Under the pieces are notes generated by a model, which saw nothing but the letters and a program-made list of their open reading frames with translations, had not been told where the DNA came from and did no database searches. Positions 22,064-32,961 of a stretch of DNA of 64,000 nucleotides are shown in pieces. The position numbers and the translations under genes were made by a program. The number at the start of each line of letters is the position of its first letter. The stretch's first letter is position 1. Source of the DNA: TPA_inf: Saccharomyces. Taxonomy: Eukaryota. Location of the stretch: contig BK006949.2 in assembly GCA_000146045.2 (NCBI GenBank), positions 288,001 through 352,000 on the forward strand, given 5' to 3'.

Positions 22064-22112
22064 AAAATTTTCCTTTCTTTTTCCTAGCGATGAGATGAGA
22101 TGAAATTTTTCG
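22064..22112 (+). promoter_or_regulatory. NAN1: Ribi-regulon promoter motifs upstream of NAN1: RRPE (AAAAAATTTTCC at 22064-22075), PAC (GCGATGAG at 22087-22094), and a second RRPE-like TGAAATTTTTC at 22101-22111
   Basis: PAC (GCGATGAG) and RRPE (AAAAATTTT) are the signature paired elements of rRNA-processing and ribosome-biogenesis gene promoters. They lie 100-150 bp upstream of the ATG at 22210. Confidence 0.65.
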
Positions 22113-22209
22113 AACAAATGATTTTTGGCACAGTTTACATATCAGTTATATTGGCTGTCGTCACAGGAACTACAAGTACAAACCAGAACCATTTTAGCTG
22201 ATCACCAGA

Positions 22210-24900
22210 ATGACGCAATCCCTAGGTATCGAACAGTATAAACTGTCAGTCGTATCTGGTGGGAAACCCGCTTTGAATAATCTCAGTTCAGTAACCGGCA
22301 ATAAGAATATCGCCCGCCTATCACAAGACCAACGAAACTATATTATACCCTTTAACAATCAGATCAAGGTGTATTCTGTGGAAACTAGACAATGTGTTAA
22401 GACTCTAAAGTTTGCAAATAACTCCTTGTTATCCGGAATATTTCTGCAAGAAGAAGAGAATAATGAATCGATTGTAAAGATTCTGCTGGGTGATATAACC
22501 GTTCCGCAACAAGAAGACGCTCATCTGATTACCGTATTCACCAATAATGGTCATGTAATTGTTTTAAATTATAAGGGGAAGCTGGTCGAGTCCCCTAAGC
22601 ATTTCAAAATCTCTTTGGCAGATGAAAAGCTTGCAAATGTTTTCCATAGCGAGGGCAACTATAGAATTTTGACAACGTTCAAGGACCCTAGTCAAAAGGC
22701 ACATAACTCTTTGCAATCGTACAGGTTATATGCATTAACCTTTGACGATGCTAAAAAGCAATTTGAAGTGGCTCATCAGGCAGAATGGCACAACGTTATC
22801 TTGTCAAATATTTCTTCCAATGGTAAACTGCTAGCGCATATGTGCAAAGACGTCTCAACAAAAGATCACGAACACAAATCCATCTCAGTTGTTTCGCTTT
22901 TTGATGATTCTGTAAATTTAAGCTTTCCCCTCGGTTCCATCCTTTCTTCACAGACTCAATCCCTATCCTATAACACAAGGTACGTTTCTAGCATGGCCAT
23001 AGACAATATGGGTCAACAACTGGCTGTTGGATTTGCCTCCGGAGTTATAAGTATCGTAAGCCTGGCCGATCTACAAATAAGACTGCTCAAATGGCATATA
23101 GACTCTGTGCTGTCACTCTCATTCTCTCACGATGGATCCTATTTGCTATCTGGTGGTTGGGAAAAAGTTATGAGTTTATGGCAATTGGAAACAAACTCTC
23201 AACAATTCCTGCCTCGTTTGAACGGTATTATAATCGACTGTCAGGTATTGGGACCTCAAGGGAACTACTACTCTTTAATCCTACAAATGACTGAAAACAA
23301 TTCAAATTCTGACTACCAATTTTTACTTTTGAATGCTTCTGATTTGACCTCCAAATTGTCGATTAACGGGCCATTACCGGTGTTCAATAGCACCATAAAA
23401 CACATTCAGCAACCAATCTCGGCCATGAATACCAAGAACTCCAACTCAATTACCTCTCTCAATCACTCTAAGAAGAAACAATCTAGAAAACTAATTAAAT
23501 CGAGAAGACAAGATTTCACCACTAATGTAGAAATAAACCCTATTAACAAGAACTTGTATTTCCCACACATTTCTGCTGTTCAAATTTTTGACTTCTATAA
23601 AAATGAGCAAGTTAACTATCAGTATTTAACATCAGGTGTCAACAATTCTATGGGTAAAGTTAGATTTGAACTGAATTTACAAGACCCAATAATAACTGAT
23701 TTGAAGTTCACCAAAGATGGGCAATGGATGATTACATACGAAATTGAGTATCCGCCAAATGACCTCTTATCTTCCAAGGACTTAACTCATATCTTGAAAT
23801 TTTGGACCAAAAACGATAATGAGACAAATTGGAATTTGAAAACGAAAGTAATAAATCCACACGGGATAAGTGTCCCAATTACCAAGATATTGCCTTCACC
23901 AAGATCAGTTAATAATAGTCAAGGCTGTTTAACGGCTGACAACAACGGTGGACTGAAATTTTGGTCCTTCGACTCTCATGAGAGCAACTGGTGCTTGAAA
24001 AAAATTTCTTTACCAAACTTTAATCATTTCAGTAACTCCGTTTCTTTAGCTTGGTCTCAAGACGGGTCTCTAATATTCCATGGTTTCGATGACAAGTTGC
24101 AAATTTTAGATTTCGACACTTTTAAAAAGTTTGAATCATTGGAAAATACAAAGACGGTCAGTGAGTTCACGTTAGACTCTGAAATCCAAACCGTCAAGTT
24201 GATTAATGACACAAATTTAATAGTGGCCACCAGGACTACATTAAACGCCATCAACTTATTGCGGGGTCAAGTCATAAATAGTTTTGACTTATATCCGTTT
24301 GTTAACGGAGTGTATAAAAATGGTCACATGGATAGGCTTATTACTTGTGACGAAAGGACAGGCAACATTGCCCTGGTTATAAATCAACAACTAACTGATC
24401 TCGATGGCGTACCAACTATCAATTACAAATCCCGTATTATTATATTCGATTCTGACTTATCTACAAAATTGGGTAATTTTACGCATCATGAATACATATC
24501 TTGGATTGGTTGGAATTATGATACTGATTTCATATTTTTGGACATAGAATCAACACTAGGTGTTGTCGGAACCACTGTGAATACTCAACTATCTGATGAA
24601 GTTAATAACGAAGGAATATTGGATGGCCTGGTAAGTAACACCATCACAACTTCGGCATCCAATAGCGATATTTTTGCAGAACAATTGCATAAACTGTCGT
24701 CTAGGGGCAAAAAAAGTGACACTAGAGATAAAAATACCAATGATAACGACGAAGATGAAGAAGATATCGCTTTGGAATTTATAAATGGCGAAAAGAAAGA
24801 TAAGCTAGTCAATATGAATAGTTTTACGAGCATGTTTGACAACATTCAAAACGTGCAAATGGATACATTTTTTGATCGTGTGATGAAAGTATTAACATAG
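22210..24900 (+). CDS. NAN1: SSU processome / t-UTP subunit Nan1 (Utp17), 896 aa, WD-repeat
   Basis: 896-aa ORF with WD-like repeats. The upstream PAC and RRPE promoter motifs are typical of ribosome-biogenesis genes, and the position matches YPL126W. Confidence 0.8.
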   Translation: MTQSLGIEQYKLSVVSGGKPALNNLSSVTGNKNIARLSQDQRNYIIPFNNQIKVYSVETRQCVKTLKFANNSLLSGIFLQEEENNESIVKILLGDITVPQQEDAHLITVFTNNGHVIVLNYKGKLVESPKHFKISLADEKLANVFHSEGNYRILTTFKDPSQKAHNSLQSYRLYALTFDDAKKQFEVAHQAEWHNVILSNISSNGKLLAHMCKDVSTKDHEHKSISVVSLFDDSVNLSFPLGSILSSQTQSLSYNTRYVSSMAIDNMGQQLAVGFASGVISIVSLADLQIRLLKWHIDSVLSLSFSHDGSYLLSGGWEKVMSLWQLETNSQQFLPRLNGIIIDCQVLGPQGNYYSLILQMTENNSNSDYQFLLLNASDLTSKLSINGPLPVFNSTIKHIQQPISAMNTKNSNSITSLNHSKKKQSRKLIKSRRQDFTTNVEINPINKNLYFPHISAVQIFDFYKNEQVNYQYLTSGVNNSMGKVRFELNLQDPIITDLKFTKDGQWMITYEIEYPPNDLLSSKDLTHILKFWTKNDNETNWNLKTKVINPHGISVPITKILPSPRSVNNSQGCLTADNNGGLKFWSFDSHESNWCLKKISLPNFNHFSNSVSLAWSQDGSLIFHGFDDKLQILDFDTFKKFESLENTKTVSEFTLDSEIQTVKLINDTNLIVATRTTLNAINLLRGQVINSFDLYPFVNGVYKNGHMDRLITCDERTGNIALVINQQLTDLDGVPTINYKSRIIIFDSDLSTKLGNFTHHEYISWIGWNYDTDFIFLDIESTLGVVGTTVNTQLSDEVNNEGILDGLVSNTITTSASNSDIFAEQLHKLSSRGKKSDTRDKNTNDNDEDEEDIALEFINGEKKDKLVNMNSFTSMFDNIQNVQMDTFFDRVMKVLT

Positions 24901-24937
24901 CTTTAGGGTTCTTCCATTGGATATCCAAAATAGATAT

Positions 24938-24942
<5 letters not shown>

Positions 24943-24969
<27 letters not shown>
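24943..24969. repeat. (TA)13 dinucleotide microsatellite downstream of NAN1
   Basis: Perfect TA repeat of 27 nt in the NAN1 3' / KAP120 5' intergenic region. Confidence 0.9.
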
Positions 24970-25387
24970 GTTTATAAAGCAAACCGAAAGCAAAAATATC
25001 TGTATAACTTAGTTACAAGGGAAGGGAAGAGAATGCATTGGTTAATAGGAACAGACACTTCGTAAAAAGCTTCACAATCATTAATGTTAATAGAACTATC
25101 ATAATATACAAAAAATCTCTTCATACGATTTTTGTTTGATGAGCATCCTCAGTCAAGATGAATAAAATAATCTCTCCAAATAAGCCGCCTCTTTTTTTTT
25201 GAATTACACTTCTATAGCGTACATTTCCATGTAAGAAGATTGAAGTTTCAAACAATTGGGTAGCTTAATATTTGTCAAACTTCTTGGTAGGTGTTGTGTT
25301 TAAGAAAAAGGAGGCACCATAAACTATTAACTTTTTAGCTTGCCTCAACTGTCAACCGAATCAAATTTTAAAAGGCGTTAAACAAAA

Positions 25388-28300
25388 ATGGCCTCGTCTC
25401 TTAACGAGTTAAACTTGGTTCAAGTACTTGAACAAGCAAGTAACCCACAACATATTAGGTCAGATGTTCAAAAATTAGCCGAACAACAACTAAGACAATG
25501 GGAGACTCAAGCGGGATTTCATTACTTATTACAGTCAATCTACCTTAATTTATCTAATTCTTTACAAATTAGATGGTTGGCGGTAATTCAATTTAAGAAC
25601 GGCGTGGATAAATACTGGAGATCCACTAGAATTAACGCTATACCTAAAGATGAAAAAGCCTCGATAAGAGGTCGTCTTTTTGAAATGATCGATGAACAGA
25701 ATAATCAACTTTGTATTCAGAATGCCCAAGCTTCCGCAAGGATTGCAAGGCTAGATTTTCCCGTAGAGTGGCCAACCTTATTTGAGGATCTAGAAAACCT
25801 ATTGAACGATGAGATCATCAGAAAAGATTCAGTTAAGATTTACAATATATTGATGCATATAAATCAAATCGTTAAAGTATTAGGTACTGCGAGAATAGGA
25901 AGGTGCCGACCCGCTATGCAAAGTAAAGTTCCTTTGATATTACCACTAATTGTCAGGATTTATTTACAATCATTTGAAGAATGGACGACATCCTCCAATC
26001 TCAACTACGAGGATCTTTCCAGTTTACAAGTTTCTTACCTAGCTTTGAAAGTGCTCAGAAGGATAATTTGTGAAGGATACGACCGCCCTCAAACCGATCA
26101 GTCTGTTTGCGATTTTATTAAACTATCCGTTTCACACTTTGAGATGTTAATTTCAAACCATGAAAACTTCAAAAAGTTTGATATTTACGAAAAGTTTATC
26201 AAATGCCTAGGAAAGTTATATTTCAATTTAGTCACTGGCTCTCCGGCTAATTTCATATTACTGCCATGCTCTACGCAAATTCTAATCACTTATACTAGGC
26301 TAATTTTCGATAAGGCCCCTAAAGTATATAGAGAGAATTCTGATGTCACGGGGGACTTTTGGGAACAGACTGCTATTAGAGGGCTTTTAATTTTGAAAAG
26401 GGTCATTAATTTCATTCACAAAAAGGGGGCAATTACGTTAAAAGCAAGAAGTGATAAACTAACCATAGATGCTTCTATCAACAAAATCAACACAGAATTT
26501 CTGAATGAGAATTTGATAACAAGGTTGGTTGACACTTTAATGGAATGGTACTTGAGGTTAAGACCAACTGAATTAGAAAATTGGTTTATGGATCCAGAAG
26601 AATGGATAAACGAACAAATGGCCACGAGTTACGAATATCAAATCAGACCATGTGCAGAGAACGTTTTTCAAGACTTAATGAATACTTTCTCTGAGCTGTT
26701 GGTTCCCTACCTGTTAAAGAAAATTGAAAATGATGCTTCAAAGCTATCAAACTCATTAGACGATTTTTTAAGGAAAGACGCAATTTATGCAAGTTTCCAA
26801 TTAAGTGCATCCGCTGTTAGTGAAATGGTAGATTTTGACAGGTTACTAATTCAGGTTTTTTTACCAGAAGCTACAAATACAAACATATCAGGCGACGAAT
26901 TAAGGATTATCAGAAGAAGAGTTGCTTTAATTATAAACGAATGGTCTACTGTGAAGTGTTCGGAAGAATCTAAAAGTTTATGTTACAAGTTATTTACAAA
27001 CTTCCTGACAGATGAAGACGACAAAGTTGTTTTGTTAACCACAGTCCAGACTGTCAGAACCATGGTTGATGACTGGAACTTCAACAAGGATACTTTTCAG
27101 CCATTTTTAACTGAAAATGTTCATTTATTGTTGAGGAAAATTTTACCATCTGTGTCGTTAACCGAGACAAGGCTATATGTTTTAAACACCTTGAGCGATA
27201 TCATAATTCAAACAAAACCTTTAATTAGCAGGGATCTATTAGTCGAAATTTTGCAAATCATACCAAACCTTTGGGAAATAGCAACAAATAATGCTAGTGA
27301 GGCTATTTTGGCAAACGCATTGTTAAGGTTATTGAGAAATTTGGTATCATCTTTGGGATCACAGTCACATTTAACGTGGGATATCGCCATACCTGTGGTT
27401 GCATTAGCCTGTGATCCCTCTTCTATGCAATATCAGTTGTTAAGCGAAGACGGGTATGAACTATGGGGCATGCTTCTTCAAAATTTTTCATCCCACGATC
27501 AAGAGTTTGACGATAAGTTCGTTGAATTGGTGCCATTTCTAAAGTATGGTATTGAGACACACACAGAGATTCTCCCAACTTTACTTGAAATTATCAAAAG
27601 TTATGCTCTGATTCTGAATCCTGTGGATTTTTTCTCTAACAACACATTTCAAGATATTTTTAAACAAATGTCTAAATATCTTTTAAAGTTAAGGGAAGAT
27701 TCATTTCAGTTGGTTTTAGAAATCTGGGAAATTTTGATATTATCCAATGAGTCGGATTACGAAAATCTGTTATTGCAAAAATTCTATGAAACCGGAGTAT
27801 TATCAGCATTATTCGATGCCATTTTCCTGGAAGAAGCTCCTTCATCTTATTTATGCTCGCAAATCATTCAAATCATCGCTAGAATATCCTACGTGAATCC
27901 AGACGCCTTAATGACTTTTTTAGCTACATATCATGACAATCTACCAACTTCTAACGAAAATGCACGCATGCCGGAATCAATAAGAAAAATTGTGTCTAAG
28001 GATCAGACGTATGATTCCGTTGTAAACAAGCTTTTAACCGGATGGATAGTATGTTTTAGAGATATCTTTGATCCTAAATTCAAAAAAGTTCACATATTAG
28101 GTATTTCAAGTTTACTAAGGACTGGTTTAGTTCCTATTTTGACTGAGTTTTCATCCATCGCATCTTTATGGATCGAAATGCTCGAAGAAATTAATGAAAC
28201 TAATCGTGGGGATTGCGAAAAATACCACTTGAATGATATTGTTACAGAGCAATCAATTGCATTCCATCCTTTAACTGCCGAACAATTAAGATATCATCAA

Positions 28301-28486
28301 TTATGCAAAAACAATGATCCAGTGCATAACATTAGTTTAAAAGATTTTATTTCCCAATCAATGGAATATCTAGAATCACATTTAGGAGTAGAAAGGTACC
28401 AAGAATTTTTGAAGACTATTAACCCTAGTTTACTAGAGAACTTACAAATGTTTTTATCCATCCAGCCTCAAGAGGCTCGTCCATGA
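25388..28486 (+). CDS. KAP120: Karyopherin beta Kap120 (1032 aa)
   Basis: N-terminal importin-beta N-domain. The long helical-repeat 1032-aa ORF matches YPL125W. Confidence 0.82.
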   Translation: MASSLNELNLVQVLEQASNPQHIRSDVQKLAEQQLRQWETQAGFHYLLQSIYLNLSNSLQIRWLAVIQFKNGVDKYWRSTRINAIPKDEKASIRGRLFEMIDEQNNQLCIQNAQASARIARLDFPVEWPTLFEDLENLLNDEIIRKDSVKIYNILMHINQIVKVLGTARIGRCRPAMQSKVPLILPLIVRIYLQSFEEWTTSSNLNYEDLSSLQVSYLALKVLRRIICEGYDRPQTDQSVCDFIKLSVSHFEMLISNHENFKKFDIYEKFIKCLGKLYFNLVTGSPANFILLPCSTQILITYTRLIFDKAPKVYRENSDVTGDFWEQTAIRGLLILKRVINFIHKKGAITLKARSDKLTIDASINKINTEFLNENLITRLVDTLMEWYLRLRPTELENWFMDPEEWINEQMATSYEYQIRPCAENVFQDLMNTFSELLVPYLLKKIENDASKLSNSLDDFLRKDAIYASFQLSASAVSEMVDFDRLLIQVFLPEATNTNISGDELRIIRRRVALIINEWSTVKCSEESKSLCYKLFTNFLTDEDDKVVLLTTVQTVRTMVDDWNFNKDTFQPFLTENVHLLLRKILPSVSLTETRLYVLNTLSDIIIQTKPLISRDLLVEILQIIPNLWEIATNNASEAILANALLRLLRNLVSSLGSQSHLTWDIAIPVVALACDPSSMQYQLLSEDGYELWGMLLQNFSSHDQEFDDKFVELVPFLKYGIETHTEILPTLLEIIKSYALILNPVDFFSNNTFQDIFKQMSKYLLKLREDSFQLVLEIWEILILSNESDYENLLLQKFYETGVLSALFDAIFLEEAPSSYLCSQIIQIIARISYVNPDALMTFLATYHDNLPTSNENARMPESIRKIVSKDQTYDSVVNKLLTGWIVCFRDIFDPKFKKVHILGISSLLRTGLVPILTEFSSIASLWIEMLEEINETNRGDCEKYHLNDIVTEQSIAFHPLTAEQLRYHQLCKNNDPVHNISLKDFISQSMEYLESHLGVERYQEFLKTINPSLLENLQMFLSIQPQEARP

Positions 28487-28629
28487 TAGTAATAAGTACT
28501 AAATAAAAGTAAAAAATTGTATATAGTTCGACTAACAACATTACAGTGGTATCTTTTGATCGCGCATTCTATACTTTTATTTTGCTACTAATTAGATGTC
28601 GCAGTTTTTTTTGTTTGCTTTTTGCGTAA

Positions 28630-28637
28630 TACAAAAA
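28630..28637 (+). promoter_or_regulatory. SPC29: MCB-like element (ACGCGAAA) upstream of SPC29
   Basis: ACGCG core about 120 bp upstream of the SPC29 ATG. This is consistent with G1/S (MBF) regulation of spindle pole body duplication genes. Confidence 0.4.
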
Positions 28638-28754
28638 CAAACGCGAAAAGTGTTCATGTAATATAATGAAGTAAACCAAGTCTCACGGAATAAAATCACC
28701 TTCTTCCAATTTTGTAAAAGTTTAACCAAAGATCCAAAGTGGCTTGTAGGAATA

Positions 28755-29516
28755 ATGGATTATAGTAACTTTGGAAACAGTGCCAGTAAAAAGTTTCAAG
28801 ACGATACTCTAAACAGAGTAAGAAAAGAGCATGAAGAAGCCTTAAAAAAGTTGCGAGAAGAGAACTTCAGTTCAAACACGTCAGAATTGGGAAACAAGAA
28901 GCACTATAGAGCACAGGAAAGGATGAGTTCGCCATTACATAGATTGTCTCCCACAGGTAAATCAGACGATAGGAAAGTGAAGAGCCCGCTAGATGATAAG
29001 CTAAGGAGGCAATTAAGGGAAGGTAATACGCGACTACCTCCTCCACCATTTTCCAGCTACGGGATGCCACCCACCAACCGATCTAATTTGGATAGAATAA
29101 GAAGAAGGACTAGCTCACCAGTAAGAACTGATAAATTTGCATCACAAAATGTGATAGATGACCAAAGATTAGAAATAAAATATTTAGAACGAATCGTATA
29201 TGACCAAGGCACTGTCATTGATAATCTAACATCAAGAATAACAAGACTGGAATCATTCATACTGAATTCGATCTCAGACAGAGGAGATAAAAATTTTGCC
29301 TCTCTCGAACACTCCCGCTCTTTTTCTGGGTTTCCGACCAACAAGACGTATGGCTTACAAATGGGTGGACTGTATGAGAATGATATGCCCTATCGAAGAA
29401 GTAGCGACAACATTAATAAAGAAGGAGCAAGAGAAGATCGATCGTCACAAATCCATATTGAAAATGAAAGTACGGAGGATATACTAAAAATATTGTCTTC
29501 GTCTTTTCACAATTGA
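28755..29516 (+). CDS. SPC29: Spindle pole body central plaque component Spc29 (253 aa)
   Basis: 253-aa ORF starting [33 protein letters not shown]. The position and length match YPL124W. Confidence 0.8.
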
Positions 29517-29640
29517 ATTAAGTACTTAACTAAATAATACCAGCATAATCGTAACTAAAACTAAAATATAGATATACGCATTTCAATCTTTTCTTCTCAG
29601 AGAAGGGTAAAGCTAAATGAAGTTTTCAATCGGAAAACTT

Positions 29641-30945
29641 TTAATTTTTGATGAATTTTAATTTAAACTTATATTTCTTGGAATTTTGTTCATCGTCTAC
29701 AGAGAAAATGGGGCTTTGATTCCTTCTCCTTGGATAGGTGTCACCGCCCCAGTTGTAGTTACCAGAATAACCAATATATCCGTCTCCTCCTTTCGTTGGA
29801 TCAAAATCGAATTGACCTGCATCCTTAATGTTCCTGAATTTGCAGACCAATTCATTAGATGAAGACGAAATAATGTCACAAAACCCTTGGTTAGTTCTCA
29901 AGTAGTAATTCCCATAGGGAGATTTAATCAACTCGTAATTCGCTGGTGTACCTTGACTCATCCAGTGTCCATTCTTGATTAGAAAGCCTTGCATCTGATC
30001 TCCATTATTAATATTTGATAGACGAACGACTCCTCTGTATCTTGCTCCCTTATTAGGTCTCCTCCTGAAAGTTGGGACATAACCTTTTGGAAAAAACTTA
30101 ATACCATCTTTTTTACAATTTGTTCGAATGGCAAGTGAGTCCATGGGCACAAACATTTCGCTCAAAAGGGAACCCTTCAAGTGGTTATAATACCATACTT
30201 CGTTTAAGGAATTATGTCTATCACAGCCTATGAAGACTTTTTTTCCTTCAAACTCTTTACTTAGTGCTGCCTCTATCTGCTCCAAAGAATAGGAATTGTC
30301 CACACTTGGGACAATATTATTTTTTTCTAGTGTTGAAAATGTGTCCAATTTCTTGAATAGATTATAAGTTATTCTAAAATAATCATAGACCGCTCTTTTT
30401 CTGTCAACACTATTAGCACCCCACTCAGTATAGCACTCTGGTCTAATTGTGCTAATGCACGTGCCATGTTTATTAAACTCGTGTATCCATAAGGACTCAT
30501 GATTCCCGTTATTACTCTTCCAATATAAGTCTAGGTATTCAAGCAGCTTTTCGCCCGATATTTGCAGGGATGTATCATTATTATTAAATTTCTTGTCATG
30601 CAATAAGTAGTAAACATCGTCAATTTGTAAGGACCTATTACAGAATTGTTGGTAGCCACCATGACAATTATCTGGCCATAATCCGTGAATTGTAAATGAA
30701 TCTAGAGGCCCTAACTCCTTCACTAATTCAGTTTCATTTAAATCGTTTTTGCTTGGAAAGTAATTCCAGAATTGGGTTTGTAAAAATATTCCACCTGGAT
30801 ATTCAAAACAACACGAGTTGTCTATATCAGTTTTATTGGAACATGATAATGGAATGTTTATAGGGCAGTTTGGTTCTATACCCTTATCTGCTCCATTCGA
30901 AAAAATTGGTAGTTGTAAGAGACTGTGTAAGTTTTTCAGTAACAT
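29641..30945 (-). CDS. RNY1: Vacuolar RNase T2 family ribonuclease Rny1 (434 aa)
   Basis: RNase T2 catalytic motifs FTIHGLWPDNC and LWIHEFNKHGTC. The ORF-track start at 30951 is a GTG. The first ATG, at 30945, gives MLLKNLHSLLQLPIF with a signal peptide. Confidence 0.85.
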   Translation of the reverse strand: MLLKNLHSLLQLPIFSNGADKGIEPNCPINIPLSCSNKTDIDNSCCFEYPGGIFLQTQFWNYFPSKNDLNETELVKELGPLDSFTIHGLWPDNCHGGYQQFCNRSLQIDDVYYLLHDKKFNNNDTSLQISGEKLLEYLDLYWKSNNGNHESLWIHEFNKHGTCISTIRPECYTEWGANSVDRKRAVYDYFRITYNLFKKLDTFSTLEKNNIVPSVDNSYSLEQIEAALSKEFEGKKVFIGCDRHNSLNEVWYYNHLKGSLLSEMFVPMDSLAIRTNCKKDGIKFFPKGYVPTFRRRPNKGARYRGVVRLSNINNGDQMQGFLIKNGHWMSQGTPANYELIKSPYGNYYLRTNQGFCDIISSSSNELVCKFRNIKDAGQFDFDPTKGGDGYIGYSGNYNWGGDTYPRRRNQSPIFSVDDEQNSKKYKFKLKFIKN

Positions 30946-31225
30946 TGACACAGTACTTTAGTTTGAAATATCTTAAATAGTTGGCCTTGCAATAGGTCGA
31001 AAGTTGAAGCGTTAATTATAAATTCGGTAGTTCCCCTACTTTTCGATAGGTTTGCATTTAAGGGATATTTTAGGAAAAGCTTAGATACCGAAATTTTGTT
31101 GATAGAGATGCAAAAGAAGAAAGAATGAAAAAGGAAAACAATTACTGCGCAAGAAAGACGCGTGTGTTAGCGCAATTGTTACGTTGAATGCATTGATATG
31201 TAGGGGCATATATATGTATATATAC

Positions 31226-32767
31226 TTATTGTTTCTTTTTCAACTTTCTTTTAGCGAAATCAAGTACTTGAGAATTACCTTCCTTTGAGATGAAAAATTT
31301 CTTCTTTTTGTCGTCTTTCCACAACAAAACACCGATATCTTGAGCGTACTTACTTAGTAAGTTGTATTCTTGACTAGTCTCAAAATCAGAATATAAGGAA
31401 CCTTCATATGTAATGACTCTATCTAACTCTAATTGCCATAATCTGATTTGATCTACGACGGTAGGAGGCAAAACTTGTAAAGGCTCCTTACAGTTGGGGT
31501 CCAGCTCTAATTTTTTTTCTAGTTTCTCTTCTGCCAACCTTCTCATTTGAGGATGTGCATGTGTCTCCAGATAGGCAATGATTTGGTCGGCAGTGATACC
31601 ATTGGTCAATGCTCTTCTTATGGATTCCCTTGTTATTTGACCCAATACCATATTCACAAATCTTGCCTTTAAATGAACAAAAAGAGACAAAACAGCAATT
31701 TGCAGAGGTGAATTAGAATATGAATAGATTTTGAAATTTGTTTCTACAATCAATGAGCCATCGGGTATATCTTGATTTTTTAGACCTGCTTTGTTCAAAT
31801 CATCTGATGTAGTGATATCTGTTGTGGATTTCCCGTTGGCGCCGTCTTCATTTACTGACGGCTCTTCTCTATTCTGTCTCAGTACACTATCCATCGCATT
31901 GGAGGCAGATCTGATTGTCTTGGTATCGGAAGTCAGCATCAAAGCTAATTTTGTTGGATAAAAAATGCTATCATTTGAATGCTTCTGGAATACCAAACCA
32001 TAGTCTCGCATATCTTGTAACATAATTCTTTGTGTTTCGCTTAATGCATCGATTTTATAGGCTTTGCCAACTTCCAATGCGCCTAACATGAAAATAAAAT
32101 GTAAAACATCGACTAAATCCATTTTGGACGTTTCGATCATTTTTAAATATTGCAATAATAATGTCCATAATTGGGAGTTGATTTCTTGTAAAAGAAATTG
32201 GAAGCCTTCATTAGTGATTTTGAACTCTCCAGTAGAGTTTACCTCTTCCATTAGTTTACTGTGTTTTAAAAGGTTCAGTACTTTTTCAGATGGGATTTTA
32301 GCGAGGGGAGTGCCAACCATGAAATGTAATATTGTTTCCCATTTATTAGCTGAATATTCATCCAACAAGTCCAGGCTAACTACGTTTTCCTCTACAACCA
32401 CACCGAATGAGTTTTGAACTTCCCCACCCGTTAATGCGTTCCTCAGGCTGATTTTGAATGTTGGGTTTAGGTTGATCATCAAAGTACCAGATGATTTATT
32501 TGGTATAAGAAGATGCAAAGACTTCATCGATTTGATTGCATTCTGAAACTGCAATTTACCATTAGAGTTAACCCATTTATCTAAATCCAACAAAGGTACT
32601 TCATTTTCGTTGAAAACCATTGCCATGATAAAAAATTTAGCTAGTGGTGGTAAAATTCTATAGATAGCCAGACATGTAGCTGGTGAGGTATAAAGCCTAT
32701 TTTGAACTTGTTGAGGAATTTCTTCCAAATACTGAGTGACCGAATGCTTCAGGGAATAGTCACTCAT
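31226..32767 (-). CDS. TFB2: TFIIH core subunit Tfb2 (p52 homologue), 513 aa
   Basis: The ORF-track start at 32779 is a GTG. The first ATG, at 32767, gives MSDYSLKHSVTQYLEEIPQQVQNRLYTSPATCLAIYR and 513 aa. Confidence 0.85.
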   Translation of the reverse strand: MSDYSLKHSVTQYLEEIPQQVQNRLYTSPATCLAIYRILPPLAKFFIMAMVFNENEVPLLDLDKWVNSNGKLQFQNAIKSMKSLHLLIPNKSSGTLMINLNPTFKISLRNALTGGEVQNSFGVVVEENVVSLDLLDEYSANKWETILHFMVGTPLAKIPSEKVLNLLKHSKLMEEVNSTGEFKITNEGFQFLLQEINSQLWTLLLQYLKMIETSKMDLVDVLHFIFMLGALEVGKAYKIDALSETQRIMLQDMRDYGLVFQKHSNDSIFYPTKLALMLTSDTKTIRSASNAMDSVLRQNREEPSVNEDGANGKSTTDITTSDDLNKAGLKNQDIPDGSLIVETNFKIYSYSNSPLQIAVLSLFVHLKARFVNMVLGQITRESIRRALTNGITADQIIAYLETHAHPQMRRLAEEKLEKKLELDPNCKEPLQVLPPTVVDQIRLWQLELDRVITYEGSLYSDFETSQEYNLLSKYAQDIGVLLWKDDKKKKFFISKEGNSQVLDFAKRKLKKKQ

Positions 32768-32961
32768 TATATTGTTCACTTCTTCCCTTTGATGGTGGCT
32801 TTTAATGCTAAGTTACTAGTATTGTATTCTGACGATGAAGTTAGGTTATATGTGAATATATGATGGTGCGTAATTTGCGCTACAACAAAAAAATACATTC
32901 GTTTTTTCAGTAATCGCGTACCTAATAGAAATGCAAGATGAATAAACGTTTTACGCATTTT

